Shown one piece after another: positions 48,966-62,759 of a DNA stretch of 64,000 nt (its first letter is position 1; every line of letters begins with the position of its first letter). The position numbers and the translations under genes are program-made. Source of the stretch: Phoronis australis. Lineage: Eukaryota > Animalia > Phoronida. The stretch covers positions 51,772-115,771 of the forward strand of contig NMRA01000498.1 in the NCBI GenBank assembly GCA_002633005.1, read 5' to 3'. The notes under the pieces are model-generated. The model made no database searches, was not told the origin of the DNA, and worked only from the letters and a program-made list of their open reading frames with translations.

Positions 48966-50213
48966 CGTGTAAATATGTATATATGTATTGAATACCCGGA
49001 CATGAAATTGCCACCTATACCAAATGTTGCAATGTATTATGTACAAATGAGCTTAGCTCCAAGTGCAATAAACAACCTCTCTCTCTCTCTCTCTCTCTAT
49101 AAGTTTCTACTGTGTCTTAGTAAAGAATCAACAGCAGTTCACTAATAGGTAAATAGGCCAGCAAATGTGGTTTATCGATAATACAATTATGTGATATTGA
49201 CCCTCTAGATTATTTTCAGTTGTGCATGATCTAGCCATGAGTTTTAGTTTAATGAATGTCAGCCATTAACTTCAGTCAGTCACATTTAAGTACCCTATAG
49301 CTTTCGACCAACTCTTCAGTGGCTTGCAACTTTTTTCAAGCGACTTCGACGATGGACAAAAATTCGACATTTCATGCTATAAACATTCCCACTAAACAAG
49401 ATTGGTCCTAACCCCGCTTGTCAAGGTAAACGGTGGGGTTTGGAAAATTTAACTAGACCGTATTCATCCACCTTGGCTGAGTCGCGCTCGGCTCACGATC
49501 AAAAGGATGCTGCCAAGCTGCTCTATTCCGGATCTTGAGCGAGGATAATTGGCTTCGCTCATGCGGATATGATCAGCTGATTACAATCTAGCTAGCAGAC
49601 TGTACTTTTTATTGAGAGAGTTTTATGTAGTTTTTACTGTAATATTTGAAAAGATGAGCGAAAACAACTATGAGTACAAATCGGCCCAGGATAAGAGATT
49701 TTGCAACACAGCAACACTCAAAATTACTTTCATTCGGCGTGAACGAATACAAAAATATAGGACCCAAGTTATTTAGATTTTGGAACACGTGCATTGCAAT
49801 ATTCAAAATACGTTTATTATGAATCTTACAAGCTATAAAACGACGTTTAATTTCATTGTGCTCAATCACTGTCATCCGTCAAATCGTCAATTTCCGAGAT
49901 GTGATCTGCGGCGTGCGCGTATGTGTACAAGACACGTGATTGTTATGTTCCTGAAGTACGAAAATTAAGAAACTTTAGCATGCCGTTATTATTGACAGAG
50001 ACACGATAAACGAATTTGGATTTTGACTATAGTCTTGATACAGCGAGCTGGCTGACCACTGCGTCAGTGTCTCCGTTAGACCCAGAAATTTCATACAGCC
50101 CGGGTAGTTCACCTCGTCCCCAACATGTAGATCGAGCCTTGGACTATTATACTCGGGAACCCAATGGTCGTCTGCCTAAGCATAAAACCGGCTTGTTGTC
50201 GTACTCACCCAAT

Positions 50214-52056
50214 TGACCTATCGCCAGGATTATGACGGACGGCTTAATTGACCAATCAGAACGCAGCATTCTTGGCACACCTTCGTCTGTGTTTCCAAGC
50301 CGCCATCTTACCCAACAAACCACACTCAATCAAGTAAAACTTACTTTAGTCTATAGCTCAAGAAATTGTCTGCTAAGAATGGGGAAACGGTGTTGATATG
50401 ATGTGTGTAGCACCGATAGCCGTTATGCTGCTCCAAAATAATATCCCGTCATTTTTTGGCATGTCCTAAGCCGAAAATGATGTTGAAAAGCGTAAACTAT
50501 GAATCAAACTGTACGGCCACACGAGCAGCTGAACTTAGCGATGTTGCTTGATAACTCGAAGGCTATAATAAACACAAATATATTAGCTCCAAGATACGCA
50601 CTTTTCAGCTTGATGGCTATGGTGCAGGGCTATCTCAGATTTTGACTCCCGAGTTGGCTACATCTGGCCGACTTTGTCTCGGCACCTGCTGGATCTCAGC
50701 ACTCTAGCGGTAGTCCCTGGAAATTGTTGTTTTCAAGGACATCTTTGTTTTATGTTATTTTTTATTTATTTCAACCTAATGGACATTATTTTGTTTCGTA
50801 TCAGAGGTACATTTTTGTTATTCATAAACCGTCAGCTGGCATTCAATTGAACTTCTTTCCCGGTCAAAATTCATAGATTCAATCAGCACAGGGAAGGGCA
50901 CTGGATTACTACCGGAACTCAAAGCCTTGGTCGAGCTGTTGTCACAAAAAATAAACTGTTGAATTACTTTTTGACGTGTACCTCTAGTATACACAATGTC
51001 TGTAGAGTTAGAGAGAGCTCATTTTGGAGTTGTTCAAACATGATATTTAGATTTATGAAGCTTTAAAAAAGAATTTGAGTTATTTTGTAAATGCCCTATT
51101 TTTGCAACTACCACACCAGACTTCAGAGTTCAGTAACTAGGACCGGTAGCGGAAGAGGGGGGGCTCAGACCCCAGATCGCAGCGAAATCGTGTTCCTGTT
51201 TTTTTAGTCCACCGATAGATTTTCTGAACAGAAGGTCCAACGGTCTACATCCCTTACCTGGCCCCTGCAACTTTCGGGCCGCCTGTGCACATACAATCGC
51301 ACTTTGCCCAATTCCACGAGGCAACATATGTTGGCTACTCCTGTGGTATCCTAGATCCGCCACTGAATTCCAGACATTAATTTGACTTAGACACAGCCCT
51401 AGACCTACCGGAGCTACCTGTTTGCCTAGGACGAGATGAGTGTGTACCTGAGCTATGAACCTGAATTTTTTTATCAAAATATTTTGTTACAAGACTAGAA
51501 AAGCTATCGAGTCGATCTAGTCAGAGACTATAGTGCATGTGTTGTCTGTAATCTATGACCTACTTTACTCCAGGAGTCCCACCAGTTGTGACCTACTTTT
51601 CATTTCGCGAAATTTAGCAGACGACAGAATAAAAATATTGGTGAATCTTCATTGATTTTATTCGAAAAATTATGAAATCTATGGAATCATACAGATAATT
51701 CGACTTTAAGGTATCATACCCAGCTTTACATGAACATATCGTATCAGTGGCTTTGTCATTTGTCAGGTGAAAGTGGCCCTGAGGCCGAGGGGTTCTTCAG
51801 ATTTTTGCAGGCTCCTAGAGCACTTATTTTTTGATCGTCACCTTTACAAATTCCCATATCATGAACGTACGATTCACAGTCGAAAAGCAACGCCTCTTGT
51901 CTCTGTCGACGCGTTTTCAAATAGCAAATAGTGCAAAAACACTCATCGATTCCACCAGAAACGTCGTTTAGCGACAGTGTATTTGCCTCTGACATCTTGT
52001 TCGAATGTCGGGTATCACGTGACTTTTCGCATAGGGGCAGAGCTTGCGATAGGTCA
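50214..52056. mobile_element. ISL2EU-like (PIF/Harbinger group) non-autonomous element
   Basis: AT|TGACCTATCGC...GCGATAGGTCA|AT; THAP start remnant on + (~50379, MGKRC*YDVCSTDSRYA..PKPK) and a convergent ORF start on - (51995). Confidence 0.7.
51144..51365. mobile_element. Possible small MITE related to the 5055-6032 termini
   Basis: Right end CTAGATCCGCCACTG; degenerate left end; no TSD found. Confidence 0.4.
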
Positions 52057-54343
52057 ATTATTCCACTTCAAAGTTATGCTCTGCATAGAACTTGATTTGA
52101 CTCTCGCAAATCCATAGTATTAGTTGATTCAAAAGTTTTCTTATATTTATGCCGAGTTGTTTGAACTGTGCATTGCTTTTCGGCAGCCATTTTATAATGA
52201 CTCCGATGGTCGTCATATGCTGCCGCCTTTTGAAAGAACAGAAAACCACACAGAAAAAGGCCAAGAAAATAGTGGAAAGTGGTTTACAGCAATTCTATTT
52301 CAACCACAAACTGTTTTACTTGTATGATATCGATTTTTAAATCGATTAAAATTGATTTAGAATTTCAGTTCTGGAAAATAAATCGCAATTGCTTTATTCC
52401 AGATAGACCTTACTTATTTTCTATTTGTGTCCTCTTTATTTGACTTTTTGCTCTTGTTGTTCTCGACACCACTTATCTCTGTTGTTGTTTTTTTTCTTTA
52501 TTTCAGTTTTTCTTCATTCTCTGTTAACACTTTGTCAGCCAAAACAGAACTGTAACCCTTTGAGACTTTGTCGGTGCAAGTTGATCATTGAACCTCAATA
52601 CAATTGTTCCAATAAATTACCCAATATCATATTGTTTGGTTCTTTTCTCACCTTTAACAGGCTTCTGAAATCATAAATAAATAAATAAATAAATACCCAA
52701 GTTGTATTTGCATTTTATTGCTCAATCTCTTCTTTTATTTTTGATTATGTCATGCTGCGTTGTATGTAACAATGCAATATAGTGAAATAAAGTCAATGTT
52801 TTACTTTATTGGTGGCCATTCTCTATCAATTCATGATCAATTCAAGTATTTTAACTTTCTTCAAATAAATTCAAAATGCTTTAACCAAAAATTTCAACAT
52901 AAATTTTGAGCTCAGCACTTCGTTTTGCAATAAAAAACAAGTGGACAATATTTTGATGACCAAGGCGTGGGCCGAAACTGTTAAGCACCCAGCGTGTTCC
53001 ATTTGTCTGCTGCGTTTTTCCTTTGGCCTAACAGGTGTCGGTTAGTGGCTGGGACAAATAGATACATTGCATAAACAATCTCTTGAGTTGTTTTTTGTGC
53101 CGTCTGAAGAAAATTTAATTTCGAAAATATCTTCTGAAAATGAGCAAAAAAGTGCATTAGTAAAATCTACAAGTTTTTAAGTGGTCTCAAAAAAACAATC
53201 GGTAAATGCATTAACTTTAGTCTCAGTTCTTCCATGCATGTTTCTCCCGAGAGGTTAGTACCTAACGCGTAGAGGAGCACTCCAAATTGGAACGCTAAGT
53301 CCCGCGTGGCTGCGCTGCACGCGAAAGAAGATGGCGGATGACCTTTGGAGCCTGACGACGATAGGTATCCGGACTATAATACTCCACGGTAGAGCTAACA
53401 ACCGTCGGCCTGTGCACACAAAATCTGTGAGTTAACCAGCACTCACCTTGCGCGTTGCAGCCGTTTAAGTGAAAAATAATCTAGTAAACGCCATTTTCTT
53501 GCAAAATCATCCACCTTTTCTAACAAAAAAGTCTGTCGTCGATGACCCGCACATGCACGCTCACTCACTCTCATACGCAGACAAACTTCAAAACAAACGT
53601 CACGTGACAACAACATGTGTGCTCATCCAGAGATTTTTCTCGTGTTGTGGGGTACGATGTAGCACAGATTTGGACTTAGTCGCAATTAATCTGGACTCCA
53701 CATGAACTTTAAAATTTGTAAAACATAAGGAAGATTTCAGGTAATTTGTTGAGTCGAAACTATATTTTTATTAAAGAGTTCAAGTTTTCCCATTGACGAT
53801 CGCGATTCAGCGACGCATCAGTCGGCAAGTTTTCGCCCTGTGATGAGCACAATTTTTTGAAAAATTATCATAATTTAACAACGGAAGTTGATAGCAATGC
53901 ACCACAATTTTGTAGAAAGACTGTCATAGGCTACAAATACGTCACAGAGCGTAAATTTGATGAATCCTAGCTTCCAATTTTACCCATTTGGGAAACCGGG
54001 TTTCAACTGCAGTAGGCTACAATAAGCATCCCCTCCCTGTGAAATGAATTTTTCTAAGCTTTTATTAGAGTCAATACAGTATAAAGCTTTCCACTAAGGC
54101 TAGGTGATGCTACAACACTATTCTTTGTTGCATTAGTAACTGGTCTTGGCTAATTATCATTTTATGGCCTGGTCATCCATTCAGCCAAAAGTAGTTCCAG
54201 AGGTGGCTTATCAGCCAATTATTCACGCATGCTGGCTCACAATAGAAGCCTGATAAGAGTGAAGGTGGATAAATGTGGTGTTCCTACAGTTTCTTGTGGT
54301 AGTGGATGTGTTCAGGACATGAATGTCAACTGTAAGTATGTAC

Positions 54344-54535
54344 CTAGAGTATTGATATCCTCCTCAGCTGCTCGCATCACCGCCACTTGTATGGGCTGGT
54401 TCATAGAGAACTCCTCCACCGCCTTTTCCAATGTGCTCCCACTGCTGCAATGTAAGGTGCTGTCCCTCGGCCATCTGCATGTTTCCGACTCTTGTCTTTG
54501 CTCACATCCAGAACAGCCTTACCAAACAAAGCTTC
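54344..54535 (-). pseudogene. KMT2C: KMT2C/D-like pseudo-exon beginning EAFFGK-like motif
   Basis: TTTTAG|EALFGKAVLDVSKDK resembles KMT2C EAFFGKDLLDTS; GTAC donor; frame breaks mid-exon. Confidence 0.7.
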
Positions 54536-54699
54536 CTAAAAGTGACCAAATGGCATATGGTTATGTTTGAGTTTCAATTGATGAATGGGATACTAACTCA
54601 TGTTAATTGCATTCAAATTCGCAGAACAGAAACCAAGCTCTGCCCTGTGGTCCAGCTAAATAAATGGTTGTAGCAGTGTACTCAGAACTCTCAAATAAG

Positions 54700-55110
54700 T
54701 TTCTAAAGAATTACTTTAATTAATGACACTTGTGGGGGATAACAACGGATGGATATGTCAAAGAAAAATGAGAGAATGTCAATGCTGCATTGTGTTAAAT
54801 ACAAGATACGCATAACATGCCAAACACTATCTTACAAATAGACAAATCATATATAACTTTCTCATTCTATCGTGGCTCACATATGGAATAACTATTTGGG
54901 CATTTGGAGATTGCACCAGGTTAAAAATGTTATCAAAAAGGCTATACAAAATGTCAACAAATCTCCATTTTTTGCTCAATTTGCAAAACTCTACAAGTAG
55001 TTCACTTAGAAAATATACTTACATTCTTTTGCTTAAAGTTTGGCTAAAAATATATAAACAACACCGACAACTTCCTGGTTACATTACTAATAATACAAAC
55101 TATCAGCCAC
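54700..55110 (+). mobile_element. CR1/L2-type LINE fragment (same family as 22880-23395)
   Basis: Shared CTCACATATGGAAT...TGGGCATTTGGAGATTGCAC.AGGTT.AAAATGTTA. Confidence 0.6.
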
Positions 55111-55829
55111 CATGTACTATGTCTCCAACGAAAGAACATCGTCTGTGGGTCCTTACACACTCAAGACTGTTACACCTCCGTGAATCACAGGCAGGTGCGG
55201 TTATCCCATCCATCAGCCATACACGCTTTGAGAACCTTGACGTCATCACTCAAGCCATTAAGAGCAATTGTTCGCAATGGACCAGGCAGAGGGTGATAAA
55301 CGCTATGTCACAGATTCTCTTTATATTTTCTCAGTGTGATTACACTGGCCCTACTGACTCCAGACCCATGTGACTGCTTGTCATCATGACCCGACTCAAC
55401 AGTTGCAACAGTTTTATCAACATGATCACCAGACCTTTCACAATACTCTTTAAGCATGTTTACACGGCAAACTCTGCTTTCCTTACCACGGTCAGTTTCC
55501 TCTCCACCACATACGGTCCAGAAAATTCAGAATTCAAAGAATCCCCAGGCAATCGCAATAGAGCCGCAACACTTTGTCTTTCACAGTTTTTTCCTTCACA
55601 TTCATCAGCTGATTCCTTATGGTGTTAACGTGGCCCCTCAAAGATTTAACTCCATCTGAGAACCCTAGCACAAAAGTTAACGTTATCCTGTTGTCCCTCC
55701 CGTTGTCAAGCTGTGCGTTGTGTGGCCTGATCTCGCGATGGTCTGCCTATGGAATGACCAATCAGGATAACCACATCACTTTAACACTAACTCAGCATTG
55801 ATGGCCTCCTGATTGGTCATACTCGGACC

Positions 55830-56065
55830 CAGGATGCAAGGAATCATATATTGGTGAAACCAAACAAGCCCTAAAAAATTGGATCAGCCAACCTCGCAGG
55901 CCCAGTTACGGAGATTGTTATGATTCGGTGGTATTCTTCCATATGGCTAGTACAGACCATTCTTTCTCCATGGAAGATGTCACTATTCTAGATAGCGAAG
56001 AAAACTGGTTCAGGCGAGGGCTTAAGGAGGCAATATATGAGAGTGTGGAGAATTCCAGTTTAAAC
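55830..56065 (+). mobile_element. Penelope GIY-YIG endonuclease fragment
   Basis: CKESYIGETKQ...HSF..EDVTILDSEENWFRRGLKEAIY..SLN. Confidence 0.8.
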
Positions 56066-56069
56066 ATGC

Positions 56070-56670
56070 AGACATGCTATCCAAGCTGTAGGACTCTCCA
56101 CTTGTTAGATGACAGTCCTGGTGGTGAATCTTTGAACTACACACACTGTATTGCGACAGTGTACTTGCTGGTCACAGTCTCTGGTGACGCAACACTTGCA
56201 GGCAGTTTCTTCTACTCATGATTCTTCTCACTGATCACAGTCTCTGGCTGGTGATGCAACACTTCAGGGAGTATCTTACTACCCACGATGCAAGTGACAA
56301 GCTCCCCTGTTCGTTAACCCTTGCCCTTGCCAAGATCCTCTCTAGAATCTTCCACAAGATGGCTCTGTTGTACAATTTCCTCTGTAGACTATAGCAAGTC
56401 TTTTAGTTTCAACTATTATAGCGCATTTGAATATCCTCTAAATTACAGCCCATATTATAATAGTCTACTTATTTAGCAATTGGCTAATAAAAACCATATG
56501 ATCTTATCTAATCATATCATTGGCTGTTACAATTTGCTCTCAGAAATTTCTAGAATCTTTAGAGAGCTTTAACCCTAGAACCAAAGTAGTAAACACCATC
56601 TAAAATTAGATTTTGACAGTTAAAATACATGTCAACAAGTTTGACCCCATTATCTAAAGGGACGGTTACA
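56070..56670 (-). repeat. LTR-like fragment (left boundary uncertain)
   Basis: Minus-strand start TGTAACCGTCCC at 56670; TCTAGAA motifs similar to the solo LTR. Confidence 0.4.
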
Positions 56671-56739
56671 ATGCACAAATTTTGGGCAACTCATAATGGA
56701 TTTATTCTTACTAATTATTGAATCAATATTTATTCTGAC

Positions 56740-57359
56740 ACTCACTAGTATAGTCTTTTAGTGACTGGAAGTTCAGTTTACAACTTTGGCTGGTTTAAGT
56801 TCGTGATGTCTTCAGTCCCGCCGCGATGGGCCTGATCGGGTTCCGAGCCATTGGTGGGGATAGCAAGCATTTTGTGTGTTTAGAACTGAAAAAAAATCAC
56901 AAGTCTAAAATTACAACACACAAGTATGTTCTCCTGTCTGTATTTCATGGACGAATAATTTAAATTTAACACTGAACAGACCCCAAACTGCAGCGACCGA
57001 GCTTGGTAAATTGGCCTACCGAACTTTGTAGGCTATATGGTACTTTCAAATAACTAAAATCCGTAACAGCGAAATAAAATAACATGTTTGTTTAATAACT
57101 CAATGTATTTGTAAGGGTTAAACATTGAATATTGATGATTTATTAGTGTAAAATGATGAATTCAAGCAATAAGCTGACACCAGTAAGCGTGTTGTGAACT
57201 GCTGAACAGACTGCATTTGAACCTCTGACGTCATTGGTTAATTTCAACACCTACGTCTGCCGTCAGGTGTCACGTAAAAGAGCTGTACTTACTGTTATTG
57301 AGTGGAACTACTTATTTAAATTGATACAAAGTAGGTTGTTTTTTTGGGTGGCAATCTCC
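56740..57359 (-). mobile_element. Kolobok-like terminal fragment, homologous to 15462-16050
   Basis: TTAA|GGAGATTGCCACCCAAAAAAACAACCTACTTTGTATCAATTTA... on minus strand. Confidence 0.75.
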
Positions 57360-57363
57360 TTAA

Positions 57364-59800
57364 GCGGACCAAAAACCAACTCAAATGGGCAGTAACCCAA
57401 AGAATGCTGTACTGTTTCCTTGTACGCGAACAGTAAAAATGAATCACCATCATCCCAATTCTAGTCACGATACAAACAGTAAGGACTTAACATCATCTTA
57501 AAAGTTTGATGCAACCTTTTAAGAGCACCTTGAGATTCAGAGTGATAAGTGCTGGAAACGCGTTGGTCAATTTTTAACAAATACATCACCTGTTGAAATA
57601 GGCCAGACATAAAGTTTGACCCTTGGTCAGATTGAATTGATTTAGGAAGGCCAATTGAAGTAAAAAACTTTACGAAAGCATTTACTACCTCTGATGCATT
57701 TATTTTCCTTAACGGAACAGCTTCAGAAAAACATGTGGAAATGCACATTATTGTCAATAAATACTGGTTCCCCATTTTTGTTTTTGGCAATGGACCTACA
57801 CAATCTACAATGACATGACTAAATGGCTCTCCAAATGCCGGAATTGGGTTTAAAAGAGCCTTAGGGATATCTTGATTTGGCTTTCCCACGAACTGGCACA
57901 CATAACAAGTTCTACAAAAATTCCTAACATCTCTTTTGATACCGGGCCAAAAGAAATGACTCAGAACACAATCTTTGGTCTTATTAATTCCAAAGTGACC
58001 ACCCATAGGTCCTTCATGCGCCAAATACAGTACCTCCCGGCGGTATTCTCTAGGTAATACTAGCTGGTGCACTACATGCCAAGAATCAGCAGAAGAAACG
58101 TCAGATGGTCTCCATTTATGCATCAAGAGACAATTTTTCAGATAACAGACAGCAACTTGATCAGCCTCATCTTCCGAAAGAGCCTGACTTGATACACCAA
58201 CGCTAAGTCATCATCACGCTCACGTTCCATAAGCTTAGAGCACGAATACTTACCAACAGAATCAGACACACCCTCAAACTGATGAACTAGGAAAGTATCT
58301 GACAAATCAAAATTATAATCCACATCACACTCAATTTCCTGAACTGCCTTAGCCTTAGCTCTAGTAAGTACACAAGACGATGTTGAATTATCACAATCAT
58401 CAACAGGGATAGGTTCATCGACCATCACAGGTTTAACAGCCACATAACATCATTTCCTGACAACAGATTTATACCGCGAACGGGCAAATGAGGCATAACA
58501 CCTACAGAAATGGGGCCTGTAAACAAATCTGATGTGAGAAAAACCTCATGCTGAGGTGCACTGATGCTACCACCAATGCCAGAAAGGGAAACTTGAATTT
58601 CAGAGGAGATAAGCTCAGACAAAGGAACGACGCCCTCTAGCAACAAAGTCTGAGCAGAAGCAGTAACCCGCAAAATCATGACAGGCCAACGGGTAGACTT
58701 ATCTCAGTCACAAAGACAAAAACCTCAGCAGAAAATGGGTAAAATACTCCACAGAACCCGAAACACCACTAAAGGCCTCATCCACCCAAAATTTGTGAGC
58801 TAAATCATCGGGGAGAATACTAACCTTAGACAGCGAATTCTGAGAAATAGATTTTTTCAACTGCACATTAACGTTGGACTGAGAAACAGTCACAGCAGTA
58901 GACATTTCCTTATACCATTTTTTCTTTTTTAACTTAGGACAATTAGCTATTAAGTGACCACTTGTTTTGAATGACATACAGGACCAGAACTTTTGAAACT
59001 CGAACGATCGGCAAACCCTGCCTTGGTATCAACTTTCCCACCTGAGGAAATTTCATTGTTCATTTCAGGTCTACTGTCAACATCATAGCTACCATCAACA
59101 TTGTTAGAAACTCGCCATTTGTCAAGCCAGATCTCTAGCTCCCAACAAAATTCAACAAATTTGCTTATCATTCTTTTTCCAGCTACAAAATTTTTGATGA
59201 TATGCCTCCAGAACAAGCTCATAAGCTCTTAAAATTGCAGCGTTCAAATAATCATAGTCGTGAGCTTTCTCAGGTGGCAAAGAGGTGTACGTTTTCTGGG
59301 CCTTTCCAGTCAAAACACTTTGCAACAAAATCGTCTATTTCTTTTTTGGCCACTCAACAGACATGGCAACTTTCTCAAAGCACTGCATGGAAATACTGGT
59401 CGACGTCCTTCTGAAATGGGGAACCATTCTACAATATTTGTTAACATCAAAATTGCCCTTCAATTTTTCTTTTTGTAACTCATTACTTTGCCTTCTCCAT
59501 TTCCTTTTGCAATAATATTTTCTCTCTCTCAAGCGCTAACTGTTGTTGCTGTAACTCTAACTCACTCTCAAACTTCAACTTCTCAAATGACAGTTGTAGT
59601 TGAATCTTCTCAATTTCTGTTTCACTCTGAACCCCTGCAGGGGGTGGTACTTGATCAAGAACATCATAAGTTAACAAATCTTTGTCTAAAAATGTTGACA
59701 AATCATTCTCAGGATTTCACTTTTGCATATAGCCGTCTTTGTAGCAAGACGTATTTTGCCACCAATCGCTACCAAATATGACATTTTGAGCTTCGATAAA
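57364..59800 (-). mobile_element. Decayed Gmr1-like Gypsy: gag - protease - integrase (RT missing)
   Basis: Gag/CCHC fragments (58708-59701), ILRVTASAQTLL protease remnant, then directly H2C2+rve integrase (AHEGPMGGHFG...DCVGPLP...SDQGSNF). Confidence 0.82.
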
Positions 59801-60238
59801 CAAGCAAAAGTAGGATTTGCATAAAAGTTGTCGACATCCACTGTAACACAATGGGCAAGCAGTCACAATCAACATGAGACCAGTCACAATCAACTTCAAA
59901 GCCACCCAATTTAGTAAGACAATGCTGAATACACTTTCTGTTGAATATGTCACACACTTGGCAAAAGAGGGTCACCACTGACAGACTGAACCCAAACTAC
60001 CAACAGAATGAATTTAAGCTCTTAACTCTAACAATCTGTACTAAACTCATAACTTTAACAGTCTGAAATAAAATCATAAGTCTTTCCACTGACACTCTCT
60101 AAATTTTTCCTAGGTATCGGGGAGGGGGGGAGGGGGGGTAAAATACACGTAAATAACCCTTTTCAGTTATCTTGATCAAAATTGAACATCTATTAAACTA
60201 TTTACAAACATGTTGACAAGTTACATAAAACTTGAGAC

Positions 60239-60328
60239 CTGAAGATAGGGTTGAATGTCAGCACCAACACTTGAGACTTGTGTTAGCTTCAGTCTTCATC
60301 ACCAAGCCATCATCACGCATTCCACAGA
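60239..60328 (-). pseudogene. Candidate KMT2C-like exon ending PYLQ
   Basis: TTTAG acceptor; ends CCC TAT CTT CAG|GT in phase 0, fitting KMT2C FPAYLQ|EAFFGK and the next exon at 54535. Confidence 0.45.
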
Positions 60329-60581
60329 CTAAACCAAAATAATATATTTCTATGCACTAGACGCTATTGTCCACACCTTTGCAAAGGCTTGCCACATTAA
60401 TAAAAATAATGCTCAGTACTTTGAAATTATATAAACAAAACATAGCAAAGTCCAGCCTTAATGTTCATATGACAATTCATCACACACACTTCACTCACCA
60501 TCGCCGACCAACTAGAACTCTGGAATAAACTCAAAACTGCCCCTTGGGGAATACCCAACACATCTCATTAATAGATGATTA

Positions 60582-62309
60582 CCGTAATCGTTCGGGTTAA
60601 CGCCCATGCTCAGTTAACCGCCCACCCCCTACTTTAGGTGAATTTCGATTTAACCGCCCACTGCTCGGTTAACCGCCCCCCTGCTATTTTTGAAGATTTC
60701 CAATTAACCGCCCACTGCTCGGTTAACCGCCCATCCCCTACTTTTGCCGATTGGTGATTACCGCCCTGTGCTAATAGGAAACGCGAATCCCCGACCTTTT
60801 AGATTAAGATCGATGATAACATTGAGTGCAACGACGGCCTCAGAGACCGCGGTTTAGCAATGTGAATTATGATACCAGTAACAAATTATTGTAACGGGTC
60901 ATCGATTAACTTCAAAATGTAATACTTGAACACTTTGTCACTTTCTTTTCTTCTCATGTTCGCAAACTTTAGGAACCGCGCTGGCGTCTACACCTCCACT
61001 TTCAGCCACAATCTCTGCCGCACTGAGTTATCGACTACAGTGCACTATATAAAAGATGCATTCGAAATAACCAGGTCAGAGAAATGTGACATTGCTTTTG
61101 CCAACCCTCTCAATGCGCTTTAGGTTGTAAGCTCTCGGGATTTTGAAGAATTCCCATAAACCGCGAAAAGTTGATAAATTCTTTATATTTTGGTGAGTGT
61201 AATTGCCGGGTTATCGAGATCCCCGTCTTTCGAGTACTCTCGTCACAGTAATTTCGTCGCATATAGTAAACCGGGGTTACTTACCCGAACAATTAAGGCT
61301 TCGTCTAAGAATTATTTTTACCGAGAATAGATGGTTTCATTTGCTAACAAAAGCTGCGTCTCGCAGTCGAAACGAAAACCGCAACGACGGTTGTTCAAGG
61401 TCGACACTGGAATCGGCCGACTTCTTGTTTGCTAAGTCGACCAGTAAAAACGCGAGTGTAGACAGAAACTCGTGTTTGTGTTTTGCAATGTAACTTGGTG
61501 GCAATTTTTTGAATGTAGAGTTTGTTAACAAAAAGTTTGTTATTGTATTTAGCCATTGAAAGGCCAGAGTACCGTACATGTCAACTCCACATACCGGCAA
61601 CATAAACAGGCGAATCGACAGTGCATGGCAGCTGAATAGTTGAACCCGATTTCGTGATTGATTATACATTTTTATGCTTTTTGACCATTCAGACCAGGAG
61701 TACATTCTGTTATCTCGAAATGATTTTGAACTGAAATTCGGAACTGCTGGTAGTCCTTGTCTACGTGACCGTCAGTTAAGTTGTTTATTATGGGAGTGCA
61801 CTGATCACAGGAAAAATGGGTCAGCACGTGACCACAACTGGGTTAAAACGACAGCACAGCTACCGTCTGCTACGCAGGTGAACATGTTCAACGTCTGCGA
61901 AGTATAGTGAAATAATGAGCATAATTCGCAATAATCGGTCTCACCTGAGGCGCCATATTATGTAGCAAACTTTCTATGCAAGCGTTCGGAGTTTGACCAC
62001 ACTCTACATTTTCGAAACTATTTGTTAATTAGAGTGCGCAGAGTACGCACTTGGTGGCGATAAAGTTCTTTTCAAAGTGTTAGGCGATCCCAGTATGTGG
62101 CTTAGTACGTGTGGTGACTCAGATCATAAGGTAAGATTAACCGCCCAGGGCGGTTGCCGGTCGTAATAAGCGCCCATGTTCAGTTAACCGCCCCCCCCCC
62201 GATTTCTTGAAATTTCACGTTTAAGCGCCCATGTCTGGTTAACCGCCCACCCCCGATTTTTTGGGTTCGCCAATTTAACCGCCCAGGGCGTTAACCCGAA
62301 CGATTACGG
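60582..62309 (+). mobile_element. Tc1/mariner/pogo-type MITE, TA TSD, inserted in a HINE fragment
   Basis: Perfect 24-bp TIR CCGTAATCGTTCGGGTTAACGCCC; TA at 60580-60581 and 62310-62311. Confidence 0.93.
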
Positions 62310-62759
62310 TAATAGTAAAATTTTATGAAAATCAGTTGAGGACTTCCCAAGATACAGAAGCAAACGTAAAAACTAAAATTGCCACTACACCTGTAGTCAA
62401 ATAGGTCTTAAATTCCTTCTCATCCATTGTCAGCTTCTTCGGAACACATCAGCCAAACCTCATCAAGATCCTGTGAGAAGTTAAGGAGATACAGCTGCAG
62501 ACCCCCAGCCGCCCAGACAGAGGTGATGGCAATCATCAAAATCACTATCGCTATCTTCTTTAAAATTCCAAATTCCTCAATCATTCCCCAAAACAAGTTT
62601 TTCTTTAAGTAGATTTGATAGAATTATCATACATGGGAAAGAAGGAAACTACACGCAACCATGTACACAATCATTTAAAGTTCTCAATAACGTAAACAAA
62701 GCGTCTAATAAACTTATATTTCACAAATATGAAAGAGAATGCCGAAAACCTGGCCTGAG

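Larger units (their letters stand above)
44485..49097 (+). mobile_element. Full-length non-LTR retrotransposon (RTEX-like LINE), intact
   Basis: 11-bp TSD TATAAGTTTCT (44474-44484 / 49098-49108); two intact ORFs; AATAAA then (CT)n tail. Confidence 0.95.
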
